The notes under the pieces were generated by a model, which did no database searches, was not told where the DNA came from, and saw only the letters and a list, made by a program, of their open reading frames with translations. A program made the position numbers and the translations under genes. This document shows positions 62,618 to 64,000 of a DNA stretch of 64,000 bases, piece after piece. Each line of letters starts with the position of its first letter. Within the stretch, counting starts at the first letter, position 1. This stretch comes from Eimeria praecox (taxonomy: Eukaryota): the NCBI GenBank assembly GCA_963920595.1, contig OY986946.1, positions 1,364,001 through 1,428,000 on the forward strand. Direction: 5' to 3'.

Positions 62618-63688
62618 GCATATAGGATTAGATATCTGTATCTGTATGTCTATATCTTTATCTATCTGTGTATATATCTATATCTGTATCTGTATATCTA
62701 TGCCTGTATATCTGTATCTACATTTCTATATCTATATCTGCATCTATATCTGTATGCATATGCAAATATCTATATCTATATCTATATACCTATATCTATA
62801 TCTATGTATCTATATATCTATATATCTATATATCTATATATCTATATATCTATATATCTATATATCTATATATCTATATATCTATATGTATATGTATATG
62901 TATATCTATATCTATATCTATATCTATATCTATATCTATATCTATATCTATATCTATATCTATATCTATATCTATATCTATATCTATATCTATATCTATA
63001 TCTATATCTATATCTATATCTATATCTATATCTATATCTATATCTATATCTATATCTATATCTATATCTATATCTATATCTATATCTATATCTATATCTA
63101 TATCTATATCTATATCTATATATCTATATCTATATATCTATATCTATATATCTATATCTATATATCTATATCTATATATCTATATCTATATATCTATATC
63201 TATATATCTATATCTATATATCTATATCTATATATCTATATCTATATATCTATATCTATATATCTATATCTATATATCTATATCTATATATCTATATCTA
63301 TATATCTATATATCTATATCTATATATCTATATCTATATATCTATATCTATATCTATATATCTATATCTATATATCTATATCTATATATCTATATCTATA
63401 TATCTATATCTATATATCTATATCTATATATCTATATCTATATATCTATATCTATATATCTATATCTATATATCTATATCTATATATCTATATCTATATC
63501 TATATCTATATCTATATCTATATCTATATCTATATCTATATCTATATCTATATCTATATCTATATCTATATCTGTATCTATATCTATATATCTATATATC
63601 TTTATATATCTATATATCTTTGTCTATATCTGGATCTACACCCATATCTATCTATCCATCCATCTCTCTCTCTGTCTGTCTCTCTCTG

Positions 63689-63773
<85 letters not shown>

Positions 63774-64000
63774 TTACTTGCATTCTTGCATGCAGCAGAA
63801 TAAAGAGCACATGCATGCAACGAGAGATCGATCTGCTGCTGCATCTGCTGCTGCTGCTGCTGCATCTGCTGCTGCTGCTGCTGCTGCTGCTGCAGATAGT
63901 GAAGCGGATAAAGGTAACAAAGGTTGTACATCGTATAAACAAGGCTGTTTATGAGAGAAGAAACATACCTCTATTCGGCGTTGAAGCAGCAGAAGGAAGC
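61582..64000 (+). CDS. EIF3G: Eukaryotic translation initiation factor 3 subunit G, 5' part (exons 61582-61591, 62277-62425, 63896->64000)
   Basis: Spliced [15 protein letters not shown]...[50 protein letters not shown] fits the eIF3g N-terminus (WAD, GIKTVTEY, KAVAxRKxWxxFG). Truncated by the window end. Confidence 0.9.
62430..63775. repeat. (TA)n / (TATATC)n compound microsatellite filling eIF3g intron 2
   Basis: About 1.3 kb of TA, TATATC and TATATATC units. Confidence 0.97.

Noticed and set aside
61841..63954. Long YI/IS-repeat ORFs (497 aa, 428 aa and others)
   Set aside because: Translations of (TA)n/(TATATC)n microsatellite within eIF3g introns.

Overview
Eukaryotic, intron-containing DNA with the hallmarks of a coccidian apicomplexan, most likely Eimeria: (CAG)n tracts encoding homopolymer runs, interstitial AAACCCT heptamers, TGCATG motifs and decayed Ty3/gypsy retroelements. 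The first ~45.4 kb is repeat-poor; the rest is repeat-rich. Hand-spliced genes: RBBP4/MSI1-like WD40 histone chaperone (-), V-ATPase subunit G (+), ERCC8/CSA-like WD40 protein with a ~410-aa insertion (+), head-to-head RPS2 (-) and RPS11 (+), a PHD+ELM2 chromatin protein (-), NOL12/RRP17 (-), a large TBC1D23-like gene (-), the 5' part of eIF3g (+), two signal-peptide orphans and two hypothetical genes. Three decayed gypsy pol regions and a probable gag fragment lie between genes. I see no clear-cut new multi-gene system. The most interesting unexplained structure is a ~265-bp tandem duplication in RPS2 intron 2 that carries two identical box C/D snoRNA-like cores and a duplicated 3' splice site. 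Others are H/ACA-like folds in RPS11 introns, probable GC-AG introns, and a 45-bp minisatellite with higher-order variant structure. All homology calls come from recalled family motifs, not database searches; exon boundaries are manual.
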